A DNA stretch of 14,173 nucleotides from a plasmid, in the sequence record NC_015698.1; one strand, given 5' to 3'. The notes beneath the pieces are model-generated. The model was given only the letters and a program-made list of their open reading frames with translations. It was not told the DNA's origin and ran no database searches. Position numbers and translations under genes: made by a program. The stretch's first letter is position 1, and every line of letters begins with the position of its first letter. This document shows, one piece after another, positions 7,386-14,173 of this stretch.

Positions 7386-8528
7386 GTGAAACTCAAAAAT
7401 CGTATCTTAGATATTTACCGCATACAACTACTGCTAGCAATGATAATTCTAATTCTGAATGATTATCTCCGGCACTTGGATTCACCAATCATCCTTTGTT
7501 TGGTGGGAATTACATTACTTCTCGCTAGCTTTAATCAAGTTTCGCGACCATGGCAGAAACTTAATTGGGGCATTCAACTATTAGTAGGTCCTTTTATTCT
7601 CTCTCATGCTACAGGAAGCTTGTTAGTGCTACTGTCAGCATCCAATGTTATTTGCGGCTTCGTAGTTTTGTGTTATCTTGTGTTATTTTTGCCTTATGCT
7701 GAGCTTTTTGTGAAGCCGTTGAAAAATTTCTGGTTCCGTTTGTTCTGGGTAATCTTCTTTTTTCAGATTGCTATCAGTCCAGCTATTTATTATGGAATCA
7801 GTACTAATCATGGTAATCGATGGTTAACTTTGTTATTGACGACCGGGTGCTTAGGAGCTATCACTTATTTCATTACGGTTACTCGGGTCTTTGCTGCCTG
7901 GCGCTTACAAACACCACTATCTTTGACCACGCAACAGCTCAAGCTCAACTGGGCTGTCGTTCTTACTTATTGTTTATTGGTAGTTCTCTTCTTATACAGT
8001 AATCTGGCAAGTTGCCAGCGATTAATATGGAGGAATGACCTCCATCAGTGGCAGCAACTACTGCTTTCCTTGGAAAGTGGCATTGGTGAAGAAACCTTGT
8101 GCCGCTATGCAATTCTAACCTTATTACTAGTGCTTCTGCGTAACACTAAGTGGCCGTTACAATTGTTGCTAGGAATTTTCGGAAGTTCGTTAATCTTTGG
8201 TCTATTTCACTTTATTAACCTAACTGACCAAAGTTTATCCCTAACCATTTATCAGTTTTGCTTTACAACCGTTTCGGGAATTTTCTTTGCCCTGATTTTT
8301 CTCTATACTGGGCAATTATGGTTGGTTATGTTGATTCACTTTGTGATGGACTTTGCTGCCTCTTTGAGTAATGGGGCCACTTTTGGGGGCACAGTCAGCT
8401 GGGCTGATTATCAATCGGTCCTGGTATTAGCAATTCTGATGGTCGGGCTAACCACTTGGATGATGTTTGGTAAACGTGCACAAGTAATGGTACAGCGTGT
8501 TCGTATACTAACTAATGTAGTTAGATAG
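7386..8528 (+). CDS. CPBP-family (CAAX protease / Abi, PF02517) intramembrane metalloprotease with a long extra N-terminal multi-TM region. Members of this family often act as bacteriocin immunity proteins.
   Basis: A polytopic membrane protein with GEETLCRY (EExxxR), FGLFHF (FxxxH) and HFVMDF (HxxxD) in the canonical order and spacing. It has a GTG start and the RBS GGAGGG 7 nt upstream. Confidence 0.75.
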   Translation: MKLKNRILDIYRIQLLLAMIILILNDYLRHLDSPIILCLVGITLLLASFNQVSRPWQKLNWGIQLLVGPFILSHATGSLLVLLSASNVICGFVVLCYLVLFLPYAELFVKPLKNFWFRLFWVIFFFQIAISPAIYYGISTNHGNRWLTLLLTTGCLGAITYFITVTRVFAAWRLQTPLSLTTQQLKLNWAVVLTYCLLVVLFLYSNLASCQRLIWRNDLHQWQQLLLSLESGIGEETLCRYAILTLLLVLLRNTKWPLQLLLGIFGSSLIFGLFHFINLTDQSLSLTIYQFCFTTVSGIFFALIFLYTGQLWLVMLIHFVMDFAASLSNGATFGGTVSWADYQSVLVLAILMVGLTTWMMFGKRAQVMVQRVRILTNVVR

Positions 8529-8571
8529 GGTTGTTAGTGTACTTTAAGAAGGAATCAAGCTATGAAAGATT

Positions 8572-9030
8572 CTAATGTGTTATTTTCCAAAACCAACTAT
8601 GTTTAACAGTTTCGTTAGAATTACTCAATGGTTGCGGTAATGACTTTTGTTGTTTGTGTGTTGTTAAATCCAATTGTTGAGCTTGATCAGCCAGTTTATT
8701 AGCCGTTGCAATCTGTTCATCTTTTACAGTTAATTGCTGTTTGAGTAGTTCAATTGTTGCAGCCTGTTCTTGGATTTGGGCCTTTAATTGTTCAATAATT
8801 GTGTCTTTAGTTGCTGGATAAGTCTGTTTTTCTTGTGTTTTAGGCTTATTCTGATAATACTCTTCCATTTGCTGAAAAACCGCGTCACTATAGTATTTAG
8901 CGTTATGTTGACCAGTTTTAACTGGTTTTAACTTGTGTTTTACTATGAAGCGTGAGGCTGAGACTACAGAGATGTTAAAATGCCTTGCTAATTCTGAGGT
9001 TGTATATGTTTTACTTTTACTTTTACTCAT
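8572..9030 (-). CDS. Small DNA-binding protein with an N-terminal HTH, a Lys-rich N-terminus and a C-terminal coiled coil. Function unknown; possibly a plasmid regulator.
   Basis: TTSELARHFNISVVSASRFIV looks like an excisionase/MerR-type HTH. The Q/E/K-rich heptad region forms the C-terminal part. A strong RBS AAGGAGG is present. A 7-bp inverted repeat TAGCCTcctttAGGCTA overlaps the RBS. The upstream extended -10 is TGcTAGAAT. Confidence 0.55.
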   Translation of the reverse strand: MSKSKSKTYTTSELARHFNISVVSASRFIVKHKLKPVKTGQHNAKYYSDAVFQQMEEYYQNKPKTQEKQTYPATKDTIIEQLKAQIQEQAATIELLKQQLTVKDEQIATANKLADQAQQLDLTTHKQQKSLPQPLSNSNETVKHSWFWKITH

Positions 9031-9157
9031 GCTTTAGCCTCCTTTAGGCTAATTCTAGCATATCATTGTGATTGCTATTGCTATTTGAGGATAACTACGG
9101 TTATACTTAGACACGTAAGCAATTTTCGTTTACAAACAGTTAAATAAATCTGAGTAA

Positions 9158-9193
9158 AGAAAAAGCCCGTTAAAGTACGCCAATACTTTAACG
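9158..9193 (-). terminator. Rho-independent terminator on the minus strand.
   Basis: A perfect 10-bp stem, CGTTAAAGTA / TACTTTAACG, with loop CGCCAA. On the minus strand it is followed by GGGCTTTTTCTTT. Confidence 0.5.
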
Positions 9194-9331
9194 AGCTACC
9201 GGTTAACTAGAGAAGGTAGTCAATCGGGGTTGTCATTTCTTTTAATACAATTAATTTTAGAAGAAAATGGCCGATATTTCAAGATATAGCAACATAAAAC
9301 TATCAATGAAATCAAACCCGAAAAACACTAA

Positions 9332-9365
9332 GCCGCCTAGTTAATCGCTAGGCGGCTTTTTCTTT
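9332..9365 (+). terminator. Rho-independent terminator, possibly bidirectional.
   Basis: GCCGCCTAG-ttaatcg-CTAGGCGGC is a perfect 9-bp stem, followed by TTTTTCTTT on the + strand. On the minus strand the hairpin is followed by tagTGTTTTT. Confidence 0.45.
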
Positions 9366-9865
9366 GGGTCGCACCCGGTAAACTCGCCAGCAGTGGCACT
9401 GCATCGTAGTCGCATCTCGAAATCGCCCGTGATTCCTTGGACGTGTAGGAATTGTAGTTAATAACCATGGGAATGCCAATCCCAGTATTTATCACATAAT
9501 ACTAAAAGAGTGGCATAGGAAGCCTCGGAAATGCTACGGACAACCTTGTTTACTATGCGAGTTCTTTGGGTCCTCGCAGAAGATTCTCTTTGAAAGTAGA
9601 GAAAGCCTAAAACCAACCCTGAGGTAAACAAGGACAAGGGCGGGGTGCGTTTGAACTGTCTGCTAGAGTGTTAATAGTGAGTTGATAATGCCTCATTGTC
9701 GATTGACCATTAATACTCTGGGGTTGACTGAGAGAGCAATGCTCTTTCGATACTTTTAGCCACGTTTAGGCTAGGTATCGAGAGAGCAAGCTGGAGCAAG
9801 TTCCTTGCGGAAGCTTGCTCCTCCTTATGGATGGAAATAATGATTAGTATTACTTTAGTGGCCTT

Positions 9866-11983
9866 TTAGAATTGGTAATCCTCATCAATTTGCTTGGTGA
9901 TTGAATTTTTGATTTGTTTGTCAGCCTTTTGTAATTGTTGGCTATTGGCTAGTAGTATGGCCTTTTTTAGTTTAATAATGGGGTCATTTTCAAGTTGTCG
10001 TTCTTTATGATAATCGAAGGGGTGTTTTGAGGGTTGAATACTGTTTGTGTCAAGTTGGGCACTGTGCAGGTTTGATATTGGTTGGTTTGATTCTTTAGTA
10101 GATGGTGTTGTGAGAGTCTTGGTTACTTGTTTGATGAATTCGGTGGCTTTATTTTTAATCTTTTGTAGGGATTTAGTAGCCGTGTCCATTAGATATTTAA
10201 GGGTTTGTCGGAAGTGTTGCTGCCGGCCAGTATCAGTTTGAATTTCTTGAGCGGCCTCGTTTGGTTGGAGAAGTGGTTGCTCAACTTTGTGGGTCGGGTC
10301 ATTTTCGACAATCGTATTAATTAGTTGGTTTTTGTAACCGTCAATTTGATTCTGAACTGTTTTGTTGGTAGCCTGGAGTTGTTGATTTTGAGCGGTTAAT
10401 TGTTGATTGGTACTTGATAATTCAGCCTTTTTAGTACGAGCAGTAGTTATCTCCTGGTTTAGATTATCAAGTTCATCTTGATGGGTTTGTTTGTCTTTTT
10501 CCCAATCAGCACGCTGTTCTTGGCGCCAGCTGTCGAGCTCTTGTTCCATTTCAGCGACGTTATCTTCGTTTACTGTGATTGACTGGTCATCGCTGTAAGT
10601 TAAGTCATTTTGGTCAATTTCCTGTTGAGCGGCTTTAATTCGTTGTTGCTTCCGTTCTTTAAGTTGGTCGTCAGCGTCTTTCAACTGGTTTTGCAGAGTT
10701 TGGAGTTGTTGTCGTTGCTGAGCTAGTTGCCGGTCTTGTTGCTTCTGTTGTTCCTCAGCGACTTTTTGCTGTGCCTTTGCTGCATTAGCGTCCTGTTCGG
10801 CTTGTTGCTGGCCCTCCTGAGCGCTCTTCACAGCCCCTGTAATGCCGTTGGCCATTTCTAAGGGTGATAAGTCGCTGCCATCTTTATCGACCGCCTGATG
10901 GCCTGTGGTGGCTTCATAGATGGCCTTCAGATTCTTGGTCACCCGTTCAACTTGGACTTGAATGTCATGATTTTGGCTATTGAGATTGTCGGCTTGACCT
11001 TGCAGGGCGTTAACTGCTTTTTGATGATCAGCGATTTCTTGATGTTGAGCTTTGAGTTGTTCCATGCTTAATCCCGTTTGTAGCGTCTTATCATCTTCGG
11101 TTTTGCGTTCAAAATCGAGGATTTTTTTATTTTCAGGGACTTGGTAGGTCTGATGGAGCTCATCTTCTAAGCATTTCAGGGCGAACTGGTCCATATTAGT
11201 TCGATACCATTTGATGGCTGCACGCCCAGAAACCGTTTTGCCGGTGACCGCTTGATGGAGGCTTACTAGGGCCTGATTAAGGGAATTAGTAACGTGTGCC
11301 GCCCGTTTTTTGCCGCCCCGGGTCATACCAAAAGTCGCTAGTTCATAATGAATGTGGGAAATGCCCATTTCATCATTGTTAGTGGCGTAGCGGCCTCGAT
11401 GTAAGTAGTCACCGACGTTAATGCGTTGCTGATGAGTCTTATTAGGTTTCCACCCCACATTGTTAGCAGTGGCGTGAATCAATGCTCGATTAAAACAGCC
11501 ATAGAATTGCTTAGCGACAGCGATATTATCTGGGATTGGTTGACCTTGTTGGTCTTTTAACTTAAAGACCAAATGAGTTGTGCCGTCTGGTAACTTTTCT
11601 TTTTGATATGAGGTTACCGGACAGAATTGTTTCATCAAAGTACTTTGGACAGCCATGTTACCAATGGTCAGCACCGCAGTGGCTTTCTTCTTCCGTTTAA
11701 GGTAGTTTTTAACACTACCGTATTGCCGTTCAGCGTGGCCTTTTGCTCGTTGGTGCTTATCATGTTCCTCAACATAGTCCCGGAAATGTTCATCGTTCCA
11801 TTTGTCGATGGCCTCTCGCGTTTGTTGAGATTCATTGTATTGATTAAATTGAGTTTCGCTAAACACAATATCTTTGTTAGTATGATTAATCTTTTCGTCA
11901 TGTTCAACATGCTTTTGAATACCAGAATAGCCATTCGTATCTTTAGCTTGCAGGTCAGTTGTTACCGTACATTTAATTGCCAT
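9866..11983 (-). CDS. MobV/Mob_Pre-family plasmid mobilisation relaxase, intact (705 aa from the ATG at 11983), with a long Gln-rich coiled-coil C-terminal half.
   Basis: The N-terminus GIQKHVEHDEKINHTNKDIV matches the MobM motif I region (KHNERV..HSNKDI). NNDEMGISHIHYELATF corresponds to the HxDE..PHxH motif III. The RBS AAGGTGG lies 8 nt before the ATG at 11983. The track start at 11995 is a GTG four codons upstream. Confidence 0.8.
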   Translation of the reverse strand: MAIKCTVTTDLQAKDTNGYSGIQKHVEHDEKINHTNKDIVFSETQFNQYNESQQTREAIDKWNDEHFRDYVEEHDKHQRAKGHAERQYGSVKNYLKRKKKATAVLTIGNMAVQSTLMKQFCPVTSYQKEKLPDGTTHLVFKLKDQQGQPIPDNIAVAKQFYGCFNRALIHATANNVGWKPNKTHQQRINVGDYLHRGRYATNNDEMGISHIHYELATFGMTRGGKKRAAHVTNSLNQALVSLHQAVTGKTVSGRAAIKWYRTNMDQFALKCLEDELHQTYQVPENKKILDFERKTEDDKTLQTGLSMEQLKAQHQEIADHQKAVNALQGQADNLNSQNHDIQVQVERVTKNLKAIYEATTGHQAVDKDGSDLSPLEMANGITGAVKSAQEGQQQAEQDANAAKAQQKVAEEQQKQQDRQLAQQRQQLQTLQNQLKDADDQLKERKQQRIKAAQQEIDQNDLTYSDDQSITVNEDNVAEMEQELDSWRQEQRADWEKDKQTHQDELDNLNQEITTARTKKAELSSTNQQLTAQNQQLQATNKTVQNQIDGYKNQLINTIVENDPTHKVEQPLLQPNEAAQEIQTDTGRQQHFRQTLKYLMDTATKSLQKIKNKATEFIKQVTKTLTTPSTKESNQPISNLHSAQLDTNSIQPSKHPFDYHKERQLENDPIIKLKKAILLANSQQLQKADKQIKNSITKQIDEDYQF

Positions 11984-12079
11984 TATCGGTGCCACCTTAT
12001 TTCATACTTCATACATCATTATATCATAACGATAGTTTAGTAAAATGGGTAGAATATCCATATTACTAGCTCCCTAGTC

Positions 12080-12215
12080 AAAATGGAGTAACCCCATTTT
12101 GTAGGTCGCTCTGCCGAGGGCATTAGGAACACATTTCCTAATAACCATTGATTTAATTTTCAAGATTACATTTGAAAATTAAATGTTACCTTTTATATCC
12201 AAAAGGTAATGCCAA
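12080..12215 (-). promoter_or_regulatory. Candidate oriT and promoter region for the MobV relaxase.
   Basis: Three perfect inverted repeats lie 100-230 bp upstream of mob: AAAATGG-agtaacc-CCATTTT (12088-12108), ATTAGGAA-caca-TTCCTAAT (12122-12141) and TTACCTTTT-atatcc-AAAAGGTAA (12186-12209). On the mob sense strand the middle hairpin loop reads ATGTG/TT, which recalls the pMV158 nic sequence GTGTG/TT. That sequence is from memory and is not verified. Confidence 0.35.
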
Positions 12216-12251
12216 AATAAAAATTCCCAATGTCTTTCGACAAAGGGAATT
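12211..12251 (-). terminator. Rho-independent terminator for the minus-strand toxin-antitoxin/133-aa operon.
   Basis: On the minus strand AATTCCC...GGGAATT (7-bp arms) is followed by TTTTTATTTTGGC. It lies 22 nt downstream of the stop at 12274. Confidence 0.45.
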
Positions 12252-12273
12252 CTATTCAAAACAACATCAACAA

Positions 12274-12672
12274 TTAGTTGCTGTGTTTTGAGCCATCGGG
12301 TAATTCATTATTATTTAATGGGTTACTTCCCAATGGCTGTTTGTGATTTTGTGTAGTCACTTCTTGTTTAGCTTTTGCTAAAAAGACATTCACAAAATCA
12401 GCAATATCTTTCCGAGAATATGGCTTCTGTTCCTCGCCAATTTCGGATTGAATAACATCATCTAACACAGACTTAGTGTTGCTGTTATTCATTGATGAAA
12501 TCATGATAGCTTCGGCTAATTCAGCTTTCCATTTTAGTTCGTTTAATGCTAAAACGTCAGCGTCATGTTTCATTTGCAGTTTCTTATATTCCATATCTTC
12601 TGGAACTGTGCGGCCGTTTAACTTCTTGGCTTTCAGTTCTTGCCAACGAGCAATGCTTTTTGGAGACATCAT
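12274..12672 (-). CDS. Hypothetical protein, 133 aa from the ATG at 12672. Predicted mostly helical and acidic/lysine-rich, with no recognisable family. It is the third gene of the dinJ-yafQ-like operon.
   Basis: The ORF starts 25 nt after the toxin stop. The track start at 12678 is a TTG; the ATG-ATG at 12672/12669 is more likely. The RBS AGAAAGAAG is weak. No family motif was recognised. Confidence 0.5.
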   Translation of the reverse strand: MMSPKSIARWQELKAKKLNGRTVPEDMEYKKLQMKHDADVLALNELKWKAELAEAIMISSMNNSNTKSVLDDVIQSEIGEEQKPYSRKDIADFVNVFLAKAKQEVTTQNHKQPLGSNPLNNNELPDGSKHSN

Positions 12673-12697
12673 GGGCAAAACTTCTTTCTAAATATAA

Positions 12698-13069
12698 TTA
12701 AAATAAGTCAGAATGGGTCCCAATACCAACTAAATAAACGATTCCTTGGTTAGTTCGAATATATAGCAATAAATGGTCGCCATTATGACCGTCAAAGTGA
12801 AGGTCTAATCCTTTAATTTCAACCTGACTAAGGGAACCCAAACGATTCTTAATTTGGCTTTTTTGCTGTGCTGTCAAAGTAATTGAGTGTTCATAAAAAT
12901 AATCGGGAATTGGTTCATCATTTAGAAAGCAATTAATTACATATTCCCATGGCGAGCGATGGTCATCTGGAAATGGAACTTCTCCATGGAAAATACTATG
13001 CCAACGTGGGTTCTTCTTTACCTTTTTACGCTGCTTCTTAAAATGGTTGGTTGGGATAACTTTACTCAT
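12698..13069 (-). CDS. Type II toxin of the RelE/ParE superfamily, YafQ-like (mRNA interferase).
   Basis: The C-terminus YLVGIGTHSDLF resembles the YafQ C-terminus RTGTHAALFG. A basic N-terminal region FKKQRKKVKK is present. The gene overlaps the upstream antitoxin by 8 nt. The RBS GGAGA lies 9 nt before the ATG. Confidence 0.8.
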   Translation of the reverse strand: MSKVIPTNHFKKQRKKVKKNPRWHSIFHGEVPFPDDHRSPWEYVINCFLNDEPIPDYFYEHSITLTAQQKSQIKNRLGSLSQVEIKGLDLHFDGHNGDHLLLYIRTNQGIVYLVGIGTHSDLF

Positions 13070-13322
13070 CTAACAATTTCTCCAGTTCATTATAAGAAGA
13101 AGCGCCTTTTAGCTTGTGTTTGCTTAAATCATCAACTGCTTCGTTAATTGATGACATGGTTTCTGCATTAGGAATACCCCAATACTTTGGTAGGCCATCG
13201 TTAGCTACAGAAGATAAGGTCATACGAATAAAACTAGAAATGGATAGCCCATGAGCGGCTAACTCTTTGCTAGCCTTTTCTTTAACGTCAACTGGGATAC
13301 GACTATCTACTCTTGCGTCCAT
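13062..13322 (-). CDS. DinJ/RelB-family antitoxin (ribbon-helix-helix), 86 aa from the internal ATG at 13322.
   Basis: MDARVDSRIPVDVKEKASKELAAHGLSISSFIRMTLSSVANDGLPKYW aligns with E. coli DinJ (RARIDEDLKNQAADVLAGMGLTISDLVRITLTKVAREKALPF). The RBS GAGGTGA lies 5 nt before this ATG. The track start at 13361 adds 13 residues with no SD. Confidence 0.8.
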   Translation of the reverse strand: MDARVDSRIPVDVKEKASKELAAHGLSISSFIRMTLSSVANDGLPKYWGIPNAETMSSINEAVDDLSKHKLKGASSYNELEKLLDE

Positions 13323-13414
13323 ACTAATCACCTCGCCTATATTGTATGACAAATGACACACAAAATCAAAAAATAGAACATATTTGGTATTCTACCGCGC
13401 TACCGCTTGCTGGA

Positions 13415-13461
13415 CTCGTTAATCAGACCGGTTTATGACTAAACCTAACCCGATTAACGAG
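13415..13461. promoter_or_regulatory. Perfect 10-bp inverted repeat, CTCGTTAATC ... GATTAACGAG, with a 27-bp spacer, between the toxin-antitoxin promoter and the recombinase gene end. It could be an operator or a recombination site.
   Basis: The arms are at 13415-13424 and 13452-13461, read directly. Confidence 0.5.
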
Positions 13462-13481
13462 TGAGATTGTGAGGTTACTGC

Positions 13482-14069
13482 TTAATCAAACTTAACTTCA
13501 TCGAGCATTTTTTCACGGCTAACTTGGTCCAATCCCAGATACTTTAAAGTCATAGCTTCAGATGTATGGTTTAGAAGGCTCATTACCAGGCCAATATTGT
13601 AATGGGTTTGCGTGTAAACACGGTAGGCACCTGTCTTTCTCATGCTGTGGGTCCCAAGGTAGTTAATTCCTAGTAAGTCACCAGTTCTAGCCATGATTTT
13701 GTAAAACTGCTTTTCTGTGATATGCCGAGAATGGTCCCGTGAGGAGGGGAAAAGCCACTCCGATTGAATGTTTTGCTCGTTTAGCCAGTTAAAATAGTCG
13801 ATTAAGTCTTGTTTTACTGGTTTAAGGTATAAAATATTAGGTTTTCCGGTCTTTTTATCGCGAATATAAGCATTTTTCTTGATGTCCCCATCAGTTTTAT
13901 AGATTTCGTTGCGTCTGAGAGCCAACACATCACTCACTCGAAGCAGAGTGGCCTTGCCAACCTGGAAAATTGTGTAATTCCGGCGTCCTTCACGAAAATT
14001 ATGGAGTAAAGTATCTTCAACTTCGTGGAGGACGTTGGTATCTTTGATGGGTAATACAAGCTGTTTCAT
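13482..14069 (-). CDS. Small tyrosine recombinase (phage-integrase/Xer-like catalytic domain, 195 aa), as found in plasmid multimer-resolution or shufflon-type systems.
   Basis: R...HSMRKTGAYRVY supplies the conserved R-H-R-Y catalytic residues. The RBS GGAG is present. The promoter TTGCTA-17/18-TACAAT lies in 14070-14173 on the minus strand. Confidence 0.85.
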   Translation of the reverse strand: MKQLVLPIKDTNVLHEVEDTLLHNFREGRRNYTIFQVGKATLLRVSDVLALRRNEIYKTDGDIKKNAYIRDKKTGKPNILYLKPVKQDLIDYFNWLNEQNIQSEWLFPSSRDHSRHITEKQFYKIMARTGDLLGINYLGTHSMRKTGAYRVYTQTHYNIGLVMSLLNHTSEAMTLKYLGLDQVSREKMLDEVKFD

Positions 14070-14121
14070 AGTAATTTTTGCTCCTTATTTAGGGGCTACT
14101 TTTTGTATATATAAATTAAAA

Positions 14122-14153
14122 GCCCCTATATTCTGATTGTAGAATACAGGGGC
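14122..14153. promoter_or_regulatory. 13-bp imperfect inverted repeat with a 6-bp spacer, GCCCCTATATTCT gattgt AGAATACAGGGGC, overlapping the recombinase promoter. Candidate recombinase core site or operator.
   Basis: 12 of 13 arm positions pair. The 13-6-13 geometry is typical of tyrosine-recombinase core sites. Confidence 0.35.
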
Positions 14154-14173
14154 TTGACATAGCAACATTCTTT

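Noticed and set aside
9360-9865. Group II intron or rRNA fragment in the structured non-coding block.
   Set aside because: I could find no GUGYG 5' end or domain-V-like motif, nor any rRNA-like stretch. It is left as unexplained structured DNA.
11627-12040. ORFs of 137 and 88 aa overlapping the 5' part of the MobV gene.
   Set aside because: They are antisense to or nested in a motif-supported relaxase gene.
12959-13147. A 62-aa + strand ORF across the toxin/antitoxin overlap.
   Set aside because: It is antisense to both toxin-antitoxin genes and has no RBS.

Overview
This window looks like a mosaic accessory region of a Gram-positive plasmid, with lactobacilli-type codon usage and Shine-Dalgarno sites. 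GC content is visibly patchy. Left to right it contains: (1) a TetR-regulated ABC-2 exporter operon (ATPase, 12-TM permease, then a TetR gene last), with a nested palindromic operator over its promoter. (2) A serine resolvase gene. (3) An IS30-family insertion sequence whose arrival cut off the 5' end of a pMV158-type (Mob_Pre/MobV) relaxase gene. The 3' remnant is followed by a long hairpin that resembles a single-strand origin (ssoA-like). (4) A conspicuously AT-rich gene whose product matches the 161-aa lincosamide nucleotidyltransferase Lnu(A)/LinA essentially end to end. (5) A 380-aa CPBP/Abi-family intramembrane metalloprotease (EExxxR, FxxxH and HxxxD motifs). (6) A minus-strand backbone: a small HTH/coiled-coil protein, an ORF-free and highly structured stretch of about 670 bp, an intact 705-aa MobV relaxase with a palindrome-rich oriT-like leader, a dinJ/yafQ-type toxin-antitoxin pair tightly followed by an unknown 133-aa gene, and a small tyrosine recombinase flanked by long inverted repeats. 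I see no rRNA, tRNA or CRISPR. The most interesting points are the lnu(A) cassette carried on a decayed mob-sso module, the IS30 junction with a 21-bp tandem duplication that includes the IS terminus, the unexplained structured non-coding block downstream of the intact mob gene, and the third gene attached to the toxin-antitoxin pair. All calls come from reading the sequence and from recalled family motifs; no database search was possible.
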